Source: Candidatus Dormiibacterota bacterium (GTDB lineage Bacteria; Chloroflexota; Dormibacteria; Aeolococcales; Aeolococcaceae). Taken from it: DNA of 64,000 bases. Under the pieces are notes generated by a model. The model worked only from the letters and a program-made list of their open reading frames with translations. It searched no databases and was not told the origin of the DNA. The DNA lies in contig DATDID010000039.1 in NCBI GenBank assembly GCA_036521195.1, forward strand, positions 76,241 through 140,240, given 5' to 3'. The stretch's first letter is position 1. Each line of letters starts with the position of its first letter. Positions 25,803 to 34,540 of the stretch are shown one piece after another. A program made the translations under genes and the position numbers.

Positions 25803-26538
25803 ACGGCGACTGAAACGACAGCGAGCTCAGCACCGTCAGCTGACCAGTCGCCATGAGGAGCCCGAATCCGAAGAGGATCACCCCGGCGACGATGCTGATG
25901 ACGCGGAGGTGCCGGTTCACGCTGCGCAACACGCCCTTCAGGCGGTCCGCCAGCAGCGCCACCAGCAGGAACGGGACCGCGAGGCCGAGGCAGTACAGCA
26001 CCATGAACGGCAGTCCGCCGAACTCACGGTTCTGCGCGAGCGTGAGGATGGCGCCGAGCTGCGGCCCGAGGCACGGAAGCCATCCGGCCGCAAACGTGAG
26101 CCCGAGCAGCAGACCACCCGTGGCGCCGCTCGACACGGGGAGATGGAAGCGCCGCTCCCGCATGAGCCATCCGAAGCGCAACACCCCCATGGTCTGCAGC
26201 GCCAGCACCATGATGATCGCGCCCGCGATTCGATTGACGAGGTCGAGGTTGCGCTGGAACACGGTGATCGCGAGCACTCCTTCCAGCAGGTAGTACTCGG
26301 CGATGAAGATCACGCTGAACCCCAGGACGAAAGCGAATCCCGTCGTCATCACCGACGTGCGCGACTCGGCGAGGACTGCCCCACCGCCTCCAGCCGTCGC
26401 CAGCGCCGGTTGACCGGCGCGCCCGCTGAGGTACGCCGCGTATGCGGGCATGAGCGGAAAGACGCAGGGCGAGAGAAACGAGACGAGACCGGCGAGGAAC
26501 GCCAGCGGGATCGAAGGACCGGGGGCCGACAGGATCAC
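25792..26538 (-). CDS. ccdA: Cytochrome c biogenesis / thiol-disulfide transfer membrane protein CcdA (DsbD family)
   Basis: FLSPCVFPLMPAY and GWLPCLGP, the two conserved Cys motifs. 6-TM profile. Confidence 0.85.
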   Translation of the reverse strand: MILSAPGPSIPLAFLAGLVSFLSPCVFPLMPAYAAYLSGRAGQPALATAGGGGAVLAESRTSVMTTGFAFVLGFSVIFIAEYYLLEGVLAITVFQRNLDLVNRIAGAIIMVLALQTMGVLRFGWLMRERRFHLPVSSGATGGLLLGLTFAAGWLPCLGPQLGAILTLAQNREFGGLPFMVLYCLGLAVPFLLVALLADRLKGVLRSVNRHLRVISIVAGVILFGFGLLMATGQLTVLSSLSFQSPFNL

Positions 26539-26562
26539 GTCGCAAGGGTAGGGCGACGGGTA

Positions 26563-27927
26563 TCAGGGAGGGCCTTCGACGTAGTAGCGCTGGCGCCAGC
26601 GGATGTAGACGTAGAGCGCGAGCAGGACGAAGAAGATCTCGTACACGAGCGGGGTCGGCCAGTGGAACGCAGCCTGGGCAAAGCGCTGGATGCCGCTCGG
26701 TGGCGGCGCGGGCGCGTTCGGCTTCGAAGCGACGGGCTTGGGAGTCGGGGTCGGCACCGGCGTCGCGACCGCAGATGGGACGGCGGCCCCAGGCGACTCC
26801 GCGATTAGCGTCGGCGGCGTCGGCGCGGCGGTGTCCGTCTCCATGTAGACGTGGCTCCCGCCCTTCGGCGGGTTCAGCGCCACGACGACCTCGGGGGGTG
26901 TCGTGTTGGCCACGGAGATCGAATCGATGTTCTTGCTGCCACTCGGCAGCCCGGTGTCCGCCTTGTGGAACGTGAGGCCGCCGTCGGTGGACCGGTAGAA
27001 GTCACCCCCCGTGCTGCCACCGGCGTCGACACCCGCGTACGCCAGCGTGGGGTCGAGCGGCCCGAACGTGGCGGTGGTGATCGTGCTCCCGGTGGTGGCG
27101 CCGGTTCCTTCGGTCCACGTGTTTCCGCCGTCGCCGCTCCGGAAGATGCCCTGCGAGGTGGCGACGATGAGCGGGCGTTTCGGGACGGCCTGGTCGATCT
27201 GTCCGGCGGCAATCGATGACACGACGGCGCCGGTCGGCAGACCGGACTGGAGCACCTCCCATGCCCCGCCGCCGCTGCTGCTGAACAGGTATCCCTGGGA
27301 CACGCTGCCGCCGTCCGCTCCTGCGATGACCGTGAACTGGGGGAAATTGGCCTCGACGGCGACCGACGCGATGGAGTAGGCGTCGAGGCCCCCGTCGTGC
27401 CAGAGCAGGCCGTTCGGACTGAGCGCCACGCCGGCGTTGGTGCCCGCGGCGATGCCGTCGAGGCCGAATGCCAGCGATCGGACGTCGAGGTTCTGCAACC
27501 CCGACGACGCCGGCGTCCAGGTCGATCCCGCGTCGAGGCTCGCGTAGACACCCTTGCCATCGGTGCCGGCGAACGCATCGCCGCTCGAGCGGGTGTCGAA
27601 GCCGACGGTCCAGACACGCATGCCCGCCAGGGTCAGATCCCACGTCGAGCCACCGTCCCGAGACACGAAGACGCCAACGTCCGTTCCCGCCAGGATCGTG
27701 CTCGGTGCGCTCGGCTCGACAGCGACGCTCCAGATCCGCCCGGAGCCCAGCCCGGGCAGCGCGCCGGCCTCGCTGAAGCCACCCGCCGCCACCGCGTCGC
27801 GGCTGCTCATCGTGCCCCACCCGAAGACGATCGCGAGCAGGAGCAGCAGGGCGCCGATCGCACGCCGGCGGAGACGCGGCGACGCGGTGGCGACCGGACA
27901 GGGGCTGGCGGGGTGGTATGTGCTCAC
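26563..27927 (-). CDS. Exported Asp-box (BNR) beta-propeller protein with Pro/Thr linker and C-terminal TM anchor
   Basis: Signal-like N-terminus. Four Asp-boxes: SRDGGSTW, SLDAGSTW, SGDGGNTW, STDGGLTF. PTPTPKP linker, then hydrophobic LVYEIFFVLLALYVYI. Confidence 0.75.
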   Translation of the reverse strand: MSTYHPASPCPVATASPRLRRRAIGALLLLLAIVFGWGTMSSRDAVAAGGFSEAGALPGLGSGRIWSVAVEPSAPSTILAGTDVGVFVSRDGGSTWDLTLAGMRVWTVGFDTRSSGDAFAGTDGKGVYASLDAGSTWTPASSGLQNLDVRSLAFGLDGIAAGTNAGVALSPNGLLWHDGGLDAYSIASVAVEANFPQFTVIAGADGGSVSQGYLFSSSGGGAWEVLQSGLPTGAVVSSIAAGQIDQAVPKRPLIVATSQGIFRSGDGGNTWTEGTGATTGSTITTATFGPLDPTLAYAGVDAGGSTGGDFYRSTDGGLTFHKADTGLPSGSKNIDSISVANTTPPEVVVALNPPKGGSHVYMETDTAAPTPPTLIAESPGAAVPSAVATPVPTPTPKPVASKPNAPAPPPSGIQRFAQAAFHWPTPLVYEIFFVLLALYVYIRWRQRYYVEGPP

Positions 27928-28064
27928 TGCAGGGCGCTGGTGTGTATCGAGTGCGGAATATGGCGCCGCGGGGGCCTCAAGCCCCGTTGCGGGGGAGACG
28001 GCTCAACCATAACAGCGCGTTCCGGGTTTAGCGGGCGCCATGGACGAGGTATCTGCGATCCAGG

Positions 28065-29018
28065 ATGGCAACGACGTTCAAGGACTATTACGCGATCCTC
28101 GGCGTCCCGCGTACCGCGACCGACAAGGAGATACGGACCGCCTTCCGCAAGCTTGCCCGCCAGCACCACCCCGACGTCAACCAGGGCGACAAGGCGGCGG
28201 AGGACCGTTTCAAGGAGATCAACGAGGCCAACGAGGTCCTCGGCGATCCCGAGAAGCGCAAGAAGTACGACGAGCTCGGTCCGCGCTGGCAGGAGTACGA
28301 GCAGTGGGAGCGCGCCGGCAAACCGGGCCCGAACCCGTTCGGTGGCGGTGACCAGTACGGGTACCGGACGGTGTCGCCCGACGACCTCGAGAGCATGTTC
28401 GGCAACCGCGCGCCCTTCAGCGACTTCTTCCAGCAGTTCTTCGGTGGCGAGCAGGAGATGGCCGGCGCGAGCCGTGGACGGCGCCGGGTGGCCCGGAAGG
28501 GCCAGGACGTCGAGGGCGATGCCGAGATCAGCCTCGAGGACGCATTCAAGGGATCCGCGCTCACGGTCGACTTGAGCTCGGCGGACGGCGCGCGCCGGGT
28601 CGAGGTCAAGATCCCAGCGGGCATCACCGACGGTGCGCGCGTTCGAGCCTCGGGCCAGGGAAGCGCAGGCCGTGGAGGGGGTCCCCGAGGCGATCTCTTC
28701 ATCCGCGTGCACATCCGCCCGCACTCGACCTTCACCCGCACCGGCAACGACCTCGCCGTTCGCGTGCCGACACCGCTGGCGACTGCGATCGCTGGAGGCA
28801 CCGTGCAGGTGCCGACGCTGCGCGGCACCACGGCGCAGCTCTCGATCCCCGCGGGGACGCAGAACGGCGCGCGCCTTCGCCTTCGCGGGTTGGGGATGCC
28901 GCGTCTGTATGGCGAGGGAGCCGGCGACCTGCTCGCGACCGTCGACGTCCGGCTACCCCATCCCGTGCCCGACGACCTTGCCGCGTGGGCCAGCGCGGAG
29001 CAGGCGCCCTCGAGCTGA
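28065..29018 (+). CDS. J-domain co-chaperone without zinc finger (CbpA / class II DnaJ-like)
   Basis: DYYAILGVPRTATDKEIRTAFRKLARQHHPDVN with HPD. G/F-like linker. C-terminal substrate-binding repeats. No CxxCxGxG motifs. Confidence 0.85.
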   Translation: MATTFKDYYAILGVPRTATDKEIRTAFRKLARQHHPDVNQGDKAAEDRFKEINEANEVLGDPEKRKKYDELGPRWQEYEQWERAGKPGPNPFGGGDQYGYRTVSPDDLESMFGNRAPFSDFFQQFFGGEQEMAGASRGRRRVARKGQDVEGDAEISLEDAFKGSALTVDLSSADGARRVEVKIPAGITDGARVRASGQGSAGRGGGPRGDLFIRVHIRPHSTFTRTGNDLAVRVPTPLATAIAGGTVQVPTLRGTTAQLSIPAGTQNGARLRLRGLGMPRLYGEGAGDLLATVDVRLPHPVPDDLAAWASAEQAPSS

Positions 29019-29030
29019 GCCGCTCGCTGT

Positions 29031-30692
29031 CTACGCGACGGTGAGCGAGTGCTCCCGCGTCACGCGGGCGATGGTGCAGACGTCGCCGGAGCAGGTCGAC
29101 GCGATAACGTCGACGACGAGCACGCCCGTGCCGTGTCCCGCCAGCTGCACCTCGACGTTGACCGGCAGCGATTCCAGTGCCCATGACCGTGGTCCGGGGC
29201 CGAGCAGCGATGGCGGGTCCGCGCTCACGTTGACGTGCACCGGCGGTCCCTGGCTTGGATCGAGGTCCGTACCATCGAGGCCGACGTCTGCAGTGAGGTG
29301 CAGCGTGGTGCCGGCACCACCGGAGAACGCTTCGTTGCGGTGTGCCTCCGTGGCCGTCGCCGCTCCGATCGGTATCTCGACGACCGTCCCCGCAGCGATG
29401 TCGACCGCCACCACGCGGTGGTGGTTGGTGTCGGCGACGAGCAGACGCCCGTCGGGCAGCACATCGAGCCCACCGGGCTCGTCGACCGACTCCTGCAGTG
29501 CAACGGTCCGCAGGCGGCCCTGCTCCCAGATCCTGATGAGCGAGTTGAAGGTGTCGGCAACGGCGATCGCGCCGCCGGCGACCGCCGCGACGCCGAGCGG
29601 GTGTTGCAACCGAGCGGTGTTGCGGTCACCGTCGCCGGTGCCCCACTCGAAGAGCCCCTGACCGACCAGGGTTTCCACCGCACCGTCGCGCAGGACACGC
29701 AGCGCCGAGACCTCCGAATCTGCGAACGCGATCGCGCCGTCGGACAGCAGCGCCAGCCCGCTTGGCTGAGCGAGACGCGCCGACGCGGCCGGGCCGTCGC
29801 GGAGGCCCTCCGCCCCCGAACCGGCTATCGCGACAGGGGGACCGCCTTCGTTTGCCATAGCGACGATGCGATGCACGCCTGCCTCAGCGATCGCGATGTG
29901 GCCGTCGTCGAGTCGCACGCAGTCCCACGGAGAGCGCAGACCGGTAGCGAGGACCGTGTGCTCGCCGCCGTCGATCGCGAGTGAGACCACCGCACCGGCG
30001 ACCGTGTCGCACACCAGGAGCCGCTCCCCGTCAAAGCGGACGCCCTGTGGCTGATTGAAGCCGCCGAACGTCTGCTGCACACGACCATCGAGAGCGCACA
30101 CCAGGATGCGGTCGTTGCCGGTGTCGGCGATCGCGATCCGGGTTCCTCCATCGGAGGCGACCTTGCCCGGGTAGGCAAGGATCGGCCCGGCGCCACGCTG
30201 GACGGGGATGAATGCGGCGCCCACCGCCAGGTCCGTGCGCCCCTCGAGCAGATGCTCGATCACGCCGCCAAGCGCTTCACCGTTCCCCTCGCCCGACGCC
30301 ATGGCGACGACGTAGCCGTCGGGATCGATCACCACCAGCGTCGGCCAGGCACGGACGCCGTACTGCTGCCACGTCTCGAGATCCGGGTCGTCGAGCACGG
30401 GGTGCTTGATCCGGTGCCGAGTGACGGCGCGCTCCACGGCGGCGTGGTCCGACTCGTGGGGGAACTTCGGGGAATGCACGCCGATGACGACCAACCGGTC
30501 GCCGAATCGCTCCTCGAGCGGCCGCAACTCCTCCACGACGCGCAGGCAGTTGATGCAGCAGAACGTCCAGAAATCGAGTACCACAACGCGTCCGCGCAGC
30601 TCGCGAAGTGACAGCGGCATGTCCGTGTTGATCCATCCACCGGAACCGCGAAGTTCCGGCGCACGCACACGCCCTGTTGCTGTCGTCGTCAC
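29031..30692 (-). CDS. Thioredoxin-fold (redoxin) / NHL-repeat beta-propeller fusion protein
   Basis: VVVLDFWTFCCINCLRVVEEL (CxxC) followed by repeated ...IAIADTGNDRI..., ...LVCDTVAGAV..., ...VADTNHHRVV... NHL-type blades. GTG start. Confidence 0.8.
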   Translation of the reverse strand: MTTTATGRVRAPELRGSGGWINTDMPLSLRELRGRVVVLDFWTFCCINCLRVVEELRPLEERFGDRLVVIGVHSPKFPHESDHAAVERAVTRHRIKHPVLDDPDLETWQQYGVRAWPTLVVIDPDGYVVAMASGEGNGEALGGVIEHLLEGRTDLAVGAAFIPVQRGAGPILAYPGKVASDGGTRIAIADTGNDRILVCALDGRVQQTFGGFNQPQGVRFDGERLLVCDTVAGAVVSLAIDGGEHTVLATGLRSPWDCVRLDDGHIAIAEAGVHRIVAMANEGGPPVAIAGSGAEGLRDGPAASARLAQPSGLALLSDGAIAFADSEVSALRVLRDGAVETLVGQGLFEWGTGDGDRNTARLQHPLGVAAVAGGAIAVADTFNSLIRIWEQGRLRTVALQESVDEPGGLDVLPDGRLLVADTNHHRVVAVDIAAGTVVEIPIGAATATEAHRNEAFSGGAGTTLHLTADVGLDGTDLDPSQGPPVHVNVSADPPSLLGPGPRSWALESLPVNVEVQLAGHGTGVLVVDVIASTCSGDVCTIARVTREHSLTVA

Positions 30693-30772
30693 GTCGTCAC
30701 CATCATCGCGCGCGCCAGTATCGGGACGGCACTATCAGAGTGCTTGATATAATCCACTCAGGGTGGTTGGTG

Positions 30773-30819
30773 CACCGACCGAGCGACGCCACGTGGCGCA
30801 GCGGTCGGCGTGACTTTTT
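30773..30819 (+). terminator. Intrinsic-terminator-like hairpin plus T5 on + strand
   Basis: CACCGACCG...GCCACGTGGC...CGGTCGGCGTG long GC stem (30773-30812), followed by ACTTTTT. No + strand CDS lies upstream. Confidence 0.4.
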
Positions 30820-30845
30820 GAAACTCTCCCTATCCCTTCCTGACC

Positions 30846-30873
30846 GGCAGGGGGTGGCCCTCCGCCCCCTGCC
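30846..30873. terminator. GC-rich hairpin 28 nt beyond the purA stop
   Basis: GGCAGGGGG-N10-CCCCCTGCC, a 9-bp stem. A T4 run follows on the + strand only. It could act as a U-less terminator for purA on the - strand. Confidence 0.35.
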
Positions 30874-30900
30874 ACTCCTTTTCCGGCGTCGCGGCGCGCC

Positions 30901-32187
30901 CTACTCGAGGAGCGAACGCCGCACAAGCGTGTGCTCGCGGTCGGGTCCCACGGAGACGACATCGACGCTCGCGCCGCACAGCTCACCGACGCGATCGATG
31001 TAGGCGCGGCACGGTTCCGGCAGGTCCTCGTAGCGCCGGCACTCGCGGGTCGGCGACATCCACCCGGGGAACTCCTCGTAGATCGGATCGACGTGCTTCA
31101 GATGCGAGATGTTGGCCATCGGATGGTCCCAGTACTCGCCTTTGCTCATGTACCCGGTGCAGATCCGCAACGTCTCGAACTCGTCGAGCACGTCCACCTT
31201 GGTGAGCACCATCGCGTCGATGCCGTTGGTCGCGACCGCGTAGCGCGACACCGCGGCGTCGAACCATCCAACCCTGCGCGCGCGCCCGGTGGTGGTGCCA
31301 TATTCCGCGCCGACCTCGCGCAGCTGGTCGCCGAGCTCGTTGGTCAACTCCGTCGGAAACGGTCCATAGCCGACACGCGTCGTGTAGGCCTTGAAAACGC
31401 CGACCGTCTTCGTCACACGCGACGGCGGAATGCCACTCCCCGTGCACGCGCCGCCCGCAGTTGGTGACGAGGATGTCACATACGGATAGGTCCCGAGGTC
31501 GATGTCGAGCATCACACCCTGCGCTCCCTCGAGCAGGATCCGCTGGTTGGACGTGAGCGCCGTCTGGATGAGCGGATAGATGTCGCGGATGTACGGATCG
31601 ATGCGCTCCGCGTAGCCGAGGTACTCGTCGAGAATCTCACCTTCGTTGAACGGCTCGGCGTCGTACAGCCGGGTCAGCGTCTCGTTCTTGAGCCGCAGGA
31701 CGAAACGCAGCTTCTTCTCGAGGAACGCGGGCTTCTGCAGGTCGCCGATCCGAAACCCGATGCGCCGCACCTTGTCCTCGTACGCGGGACCGATGCCGCG
31801 CCACGTCGTACCAAGGCGATCGTCGCCGCGCAACTCCTCGCCGGCCTTGTCGATCACCGGGTGATACGGCATCACCATGTGCGCTCGCTCGCTGATCACG
31901 AGGTTCTCCGCCGGGATGCCGCCCGACTGCAGCTCGTCGAGCTCCACGAGGAACGCCTTGGGATCGACGACGACGCCGTGACCGATGACGCAAGTCGTCT
32001 TCGGGTAGAGGATGCCGCTCGGGATGAGATGGAACCGATGCTCTTTCCCGCCGGTCACGACGGTGTGGCCGGCGTTGTTCCCACCCTGCGATCGGATGAC
32101 CATGTCGACGCTGTCAGCGAGGAGGTCGATCACCTTGCCCTTGCCTTCATCGCCCCACTGCCCGCCCACCAGGACTGTGACGCTCAT
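30901..32187 (-). CDS. purA: Adenylosuccinate synthase
   Basis: VLVGGQWGDEGKGKVIDLLA P-loop, GNNAGHTV, TTRVGYGPFPTE, GTTTGRARRVGW. Internal ATG 32187 is chosen. Confidence 0.95.
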   Translation of the reverse strand: MSVTVLVGGQWGDEGKGKVIDLLADSVDMVIRSQGGNNAGHTVVTGGKEHRFHLIPSGILYPKTTCVIGHGVVVDPKAFLVELDELQSGGIPAENLVISERAHMVMPYHPVIDKAGEELRGDDRLGTTWRGIGPAYEDKVRRIGFRIGDLQKPAFLEKKLRFVLRLKNETLTRLYDAEPFNEGEILDEYLGYAERIDPYIRDIYPLIQTALTSNQRILLEGAQGVMLDIDLGTYPYVTSSSPTAGGACTGSGIPPSRVTKTVGVFKAYTTRVGYGPFPTELTNELGDQLREVGAEYGTTTGRARRVGWFDAAVSRYAVATNGIDAMVLTKVDVLDEFETLRICTGYMSKGEYWDHPMANISHLKHVDPIYEEFPGWMSPTRECRRYEDLPEPCRAYIDRVGELCGASVDVVSVGPDREHTLVRRSLLE

Positions 32188-32299
32188 AGCGGCGGGAAGC
32201 GTACTGGAACCAGGCGGTTCCGGCGATTGGTTTAGCGGAACGGATGCGTGGCAAAGCTGATGAGTGCCGCGTTTTGACCGGCACAGGACCAGAGAGACC

Positions 32300-32485
32300 A
32301 TGGAAAACAAGAGCCCGCTCACTGAATTGGCCGCGCAGCTGCCTCCCGACTGGAAGTGGATGGCGCTGTTTCACACGCCCGAAGGCTTCGAGCGCGAATG
32401 GCGCGCCTGGCTAGGGGCGGCCGTCCACGAGGAGGACCTGTCCCTCCTGCGCTGGTGGGGTCAGCGAGCCGACCAGGCCGCCTGA
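32300..32485 (+). CDS. Small Trp-rich hypothetical protein (61 aa)
   Basis: MENKSPLTELAAQLPPDWKWMALFH... No family recognised. Its 3' end is 3 nt from the vapC stop (convergent). Confidence 0.3.
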   Translation: MENKSPLTELAAQLPPDWKWMALFHTPEGFEREWRAWLGAAVHEEDLSLLRWWGQRADQAA

Positions 32486-32488
32486 GGT

Positions 32489-32866
32489 CTACGCGGCGAG
32501 GATTTGCACGCCGTAGGCAGCGAGTACCGCGTCCCGGGTCACGAGCGTCATCTCACGGTGCTGTGCCTGTGCGACAAGCATCCGATCGAAGGGGTCGTTG
32601 TGGTGGCGGGGAAGTGAGCCCGCCAGGAGCGCGTCCGACACAGTGATCTCGACCGCCCGGAGGCCCTCCCGACGCAACTCGTCCTCCAGGTCATCCGGCG
32701 CATCAAGCCGTCCAAGCGAAGCCTTGATGGCTATTTCCCACGCGCTAGCGGCGCTCACGGCGACGTCGTTGCCCGGATCCTCGAGGATGCGTCGAACCGC
32801 ACGCGGGACCCGCTGAGGCGCACCCAGGAGATCGAGGAGCACGTGGGTATCGAGGAGGTAATTCAT
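32489..32866 (-). CDS. vapC: PIN-domain toxin (VapC-type) of a type II TA pair
   Basis: MNYLLDTHVLL (first acidic residue), SAASAWEIAIK, DPFDRMLVAQA, TRD. 125 aa from the internal ATG. Confidence 0.85.
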   Translation of the reverse strand: MNYLLDTHVLLDLLGAPQRVPRAVRRILEDPGNDVAVSAASAWEIAIKASLGRLDAPDDLEDELRREGLRAVEITVSDALLAGSLPRHHNDPFDRMLVAQAQHREMTLVTRDAVLAAYGVQILAA

Positions 32867-33102
32867 CCCTCGCCACGGAAGGCGCGTTCCATCGGTTGCG
32901 GCAAGGGCGCATCGAAGTCCTTGGCAATGGATACACGACCCTTCCATCCCCCGAAGCGACGTGGCGTCCCGGACGCTACGAACGGAACCAATCGAGCGAT
33001 CGGTTGACCTGCGCGTGCCAGCACGACCTCCTCACCTGCCTCAACGCGAGCCAAGAGCTGTGACAGATGGGTTTTGGCAGCGTGAACGTTCACCACTTCC
33101 AT
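32863..33102 (-). CDS. Phd/YefM-type antitoxin
   Basis: NVHAAKTHLSQLLARVEAGEEVVLARAGQPIARLVP is the prevent-host-death N-terminal fold pattern. ATGA overlap with vapC. Confidence 0.8.
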   Translation of the reverse strand: MEVVNVHAAKTHLSQLLARVEAGEEVVLARAGQPIARLVPFVASGTPRRFGGWKGRVSIAKDFDAPLPQPMERAFRGEG

Positions 33103-33122
33103 GACTTAGTCTAGTTTAGTCC
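33103..33122 (-). promoter_or_regulatory. AT-rich TA promoter/operator candidate abutting the antitoxin start
   Basis: The minus strand reads GGACTAAACTAGACTAAGTC-ATG. A TAGACT -10-like box sits 5 nt before ATG (leaderless geometry). Direct repeat GACTAA-N4-GACTAA. Confidence 0.3.
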
Positions 33123-33144
33123 ATCTGGCCTCGCGGGCCTTGAA

Positions 33145-33186
33145 GCAACAGTCAATCCGCAACAGTCAATCCGCAACAGTCAATCC
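33145..33186. repeat. Perfect tandem repeat, 3 x 14 bp (GCAACAGTCAATCC)
   Basis: Read directly: gcaacagtcaatcc three times with no mismatch, followed immediately by GGAGG (33187-33191) and the HIT gene TTG start at 33199. Confidence 0.95.
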
Positions 33187-33198
33187 GGAGGATGCCCG

Positions 33199-33663
33199 TT
33201 GCGTCGGTACGATGCGCGGGCAATGCCAACGCCGGATCTCACGGCCGACTGCATCTTCTGCACGATCCTTCGCGGCGACGCGCCCGCGACCTTCCTGCAC
33301 CAGGACGACCTGGTCGTAGCCTTCATGGACATCCGTCCGGTGCAACCGGGTCACCTGCTCGTCGTGCCACGCGCCCACGCCAAGCTGATCCCGGAGCTCG
33401 ACGCCGAAGTCCTCACGCGGCTCTGGTTGGTTGCGGCCGAACTCAATCTCGCGTTGCGAGGCAGCCCACTCCCGGTTGAGGCTGTCAGCGTCTACGTCGC
33501 GGACGGTGAGGCCGCGGGGCAGGAGGTGTCGCACGTCCACATCCACCTCATCCCGCGCCGGACCAGCGACGGGTTCGGCTTCCGCTTTCCCGCCGGCTTC
33601 CCGTCGTTTCCCGAGCGATCAGAGCTCGAATCGATAGCGTCCCAGATCGCTCGTGGTCGCTGA
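33199..33663 (+). CDS. HIT family hydrolase
   Basis: CIFCTILRGD...VQPGHLLVVPRAH...HVHIHLIPR histidine triad. TTG at 33199 lies 7 nt after GGAGG; the alternative start is ATG 33223. Confidence 0.85.
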   Translation: MRRYDARAMPTPDLTADCIFCTILRGDAPATFLHQDDLVVAFMDIRPVQPGHLLVVPRAHAKLIPELDAEVLTRLWLVAAELNLALRGSPLPVEAVSVYVADGEAAGQEVSHVHIHLIPRRTSDGFGFRFPAGFPSFPERSELESIASQIARGR

Positions 33664-34540
33664 GCCGGCGACGGGTCGCCTGCAGCGGTATCGCACCGCG
33701 CCGTGGTGGCCCACTGCAGCCACCCTGGTCATCGCGGAGCTCGGTCTGGGTGCCGCGCTGCTCATCCCCATCACCTTCAGCGATCCCAACGGCGTCGACC
33801 CCTATCTCGCGCGGCTGAGCGTCGCATCGGTCCTCATCGCGTTCCCGTCGCTGTTCGTCCGCAGGCTGCAGCCGGCTCGCCCAGTGCTGCTCGCGTTCGC
33901 TGCCGTGGCGACGACATACACGTTGCTCATCGCCGGGCCGCAGATCCTCGTCGACCTGCTGGGAACCCACTCCGGCAGCTTCGATGCCCAGGTGTTCTGG
34001 TCGTCCGTCGCGCAGACGATCGGGACGCTGCTCATCGCGCTCGCCGCGTGGCGAACGGTTGCGCCGGAGTGGCGACCGGCGCTCCGCATGCGCCACGCCG
34101 GCCTGGGCGGACTTGCCGTCGGTGTGCTCGGGAGTGCCGCGCTCATCGGCCTTGGACTTGCACTTCCTGCGGGATTGCTCGGCCGCGTCGCGTTGCAGCC
34201 GGTCGCACTCGGTCGCGACTTCCCATACCTGGGGCCCGCGAACGCCCTCCAGGCATTTGCGCAGGAGGTCCAGTTCCGTGGCCTCCTCCTCGGCGCACTC
34301 GAGAAGACGATGAGCCCCCGCTGGGCAAACGTGAGCCAGGCCGCCATCTTCGCCCTCGCTCATCTCGCGATCAGCTACGGCGGCCCGGAAGCGCCGTTCG
34401 TCCCGATCACCTTCCTCGTCGGTCTGGCATTCGGATGGCTGGTTCGTCGGACCAACTCACTCTGGCCGGCGGTGATCATTCACGCGGTCGCCGACATCGC
34501 GCTGCAGTTCGGCATCGTGCAGGGGCTGTATGGGTTCTGA
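33653..34540 (+). CDS. CPBP-family intramembrane glutamic endopeptidase (CAAX protease/Abi-like)
   Basis: QEVQFRGLLLGAL (EExxxR-type motif 1), AAIFALAHL (motif 2), VIIHAVADIAL (motif 3). Polytopic. 11-nt overlap with the HIT gene. Confidence 0.75.
   Translation: MVAEPATGRLQRYRTAPWWPTAATLVIAELGLGAALLIPITFSDPNGVDPYLARLSVASVLIAFPSLFVRRLQPARPVLLAFAAVATTYTLLIAGPQILVDLLGTHSGSFDAQVFWSSVAQTIGTLLIALAAWRTVAPEWRPALRMRHAGLGGLAVGVLGSAALIGLGLALPAGLLGRVALQPVALGRDFPYLGPANALQAFAQEVQFRGLLLGALEKTMSPRWANVSQAAIFALAHLAISYGGPEAPFVPITFLVGLAFGWLVRRTNSLWPAVIIHAVADIALQFGIVQGLYGF

Noticed and set aside
27928-28064. HAIR or CIRCE heat-shock operator upstream of the J-protein gene
   Set aside because: Only a single CTCAAG half-site (27976-27981), inside a small GGGGC/GCCCC hairpin, is present. 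There is no CTTGAGT-N7-ACTCAAG or TTAGCACTC-N9-GAGTGCTAA inverted repeat.
33145-33186. Possible mini CRISPR array
   Set aside because: The 14-bp units are contiguous with no spacers and are far shorter than CRISPR repeats. No cas genes are in the window. I therefore report this as a tandem repeat instead.
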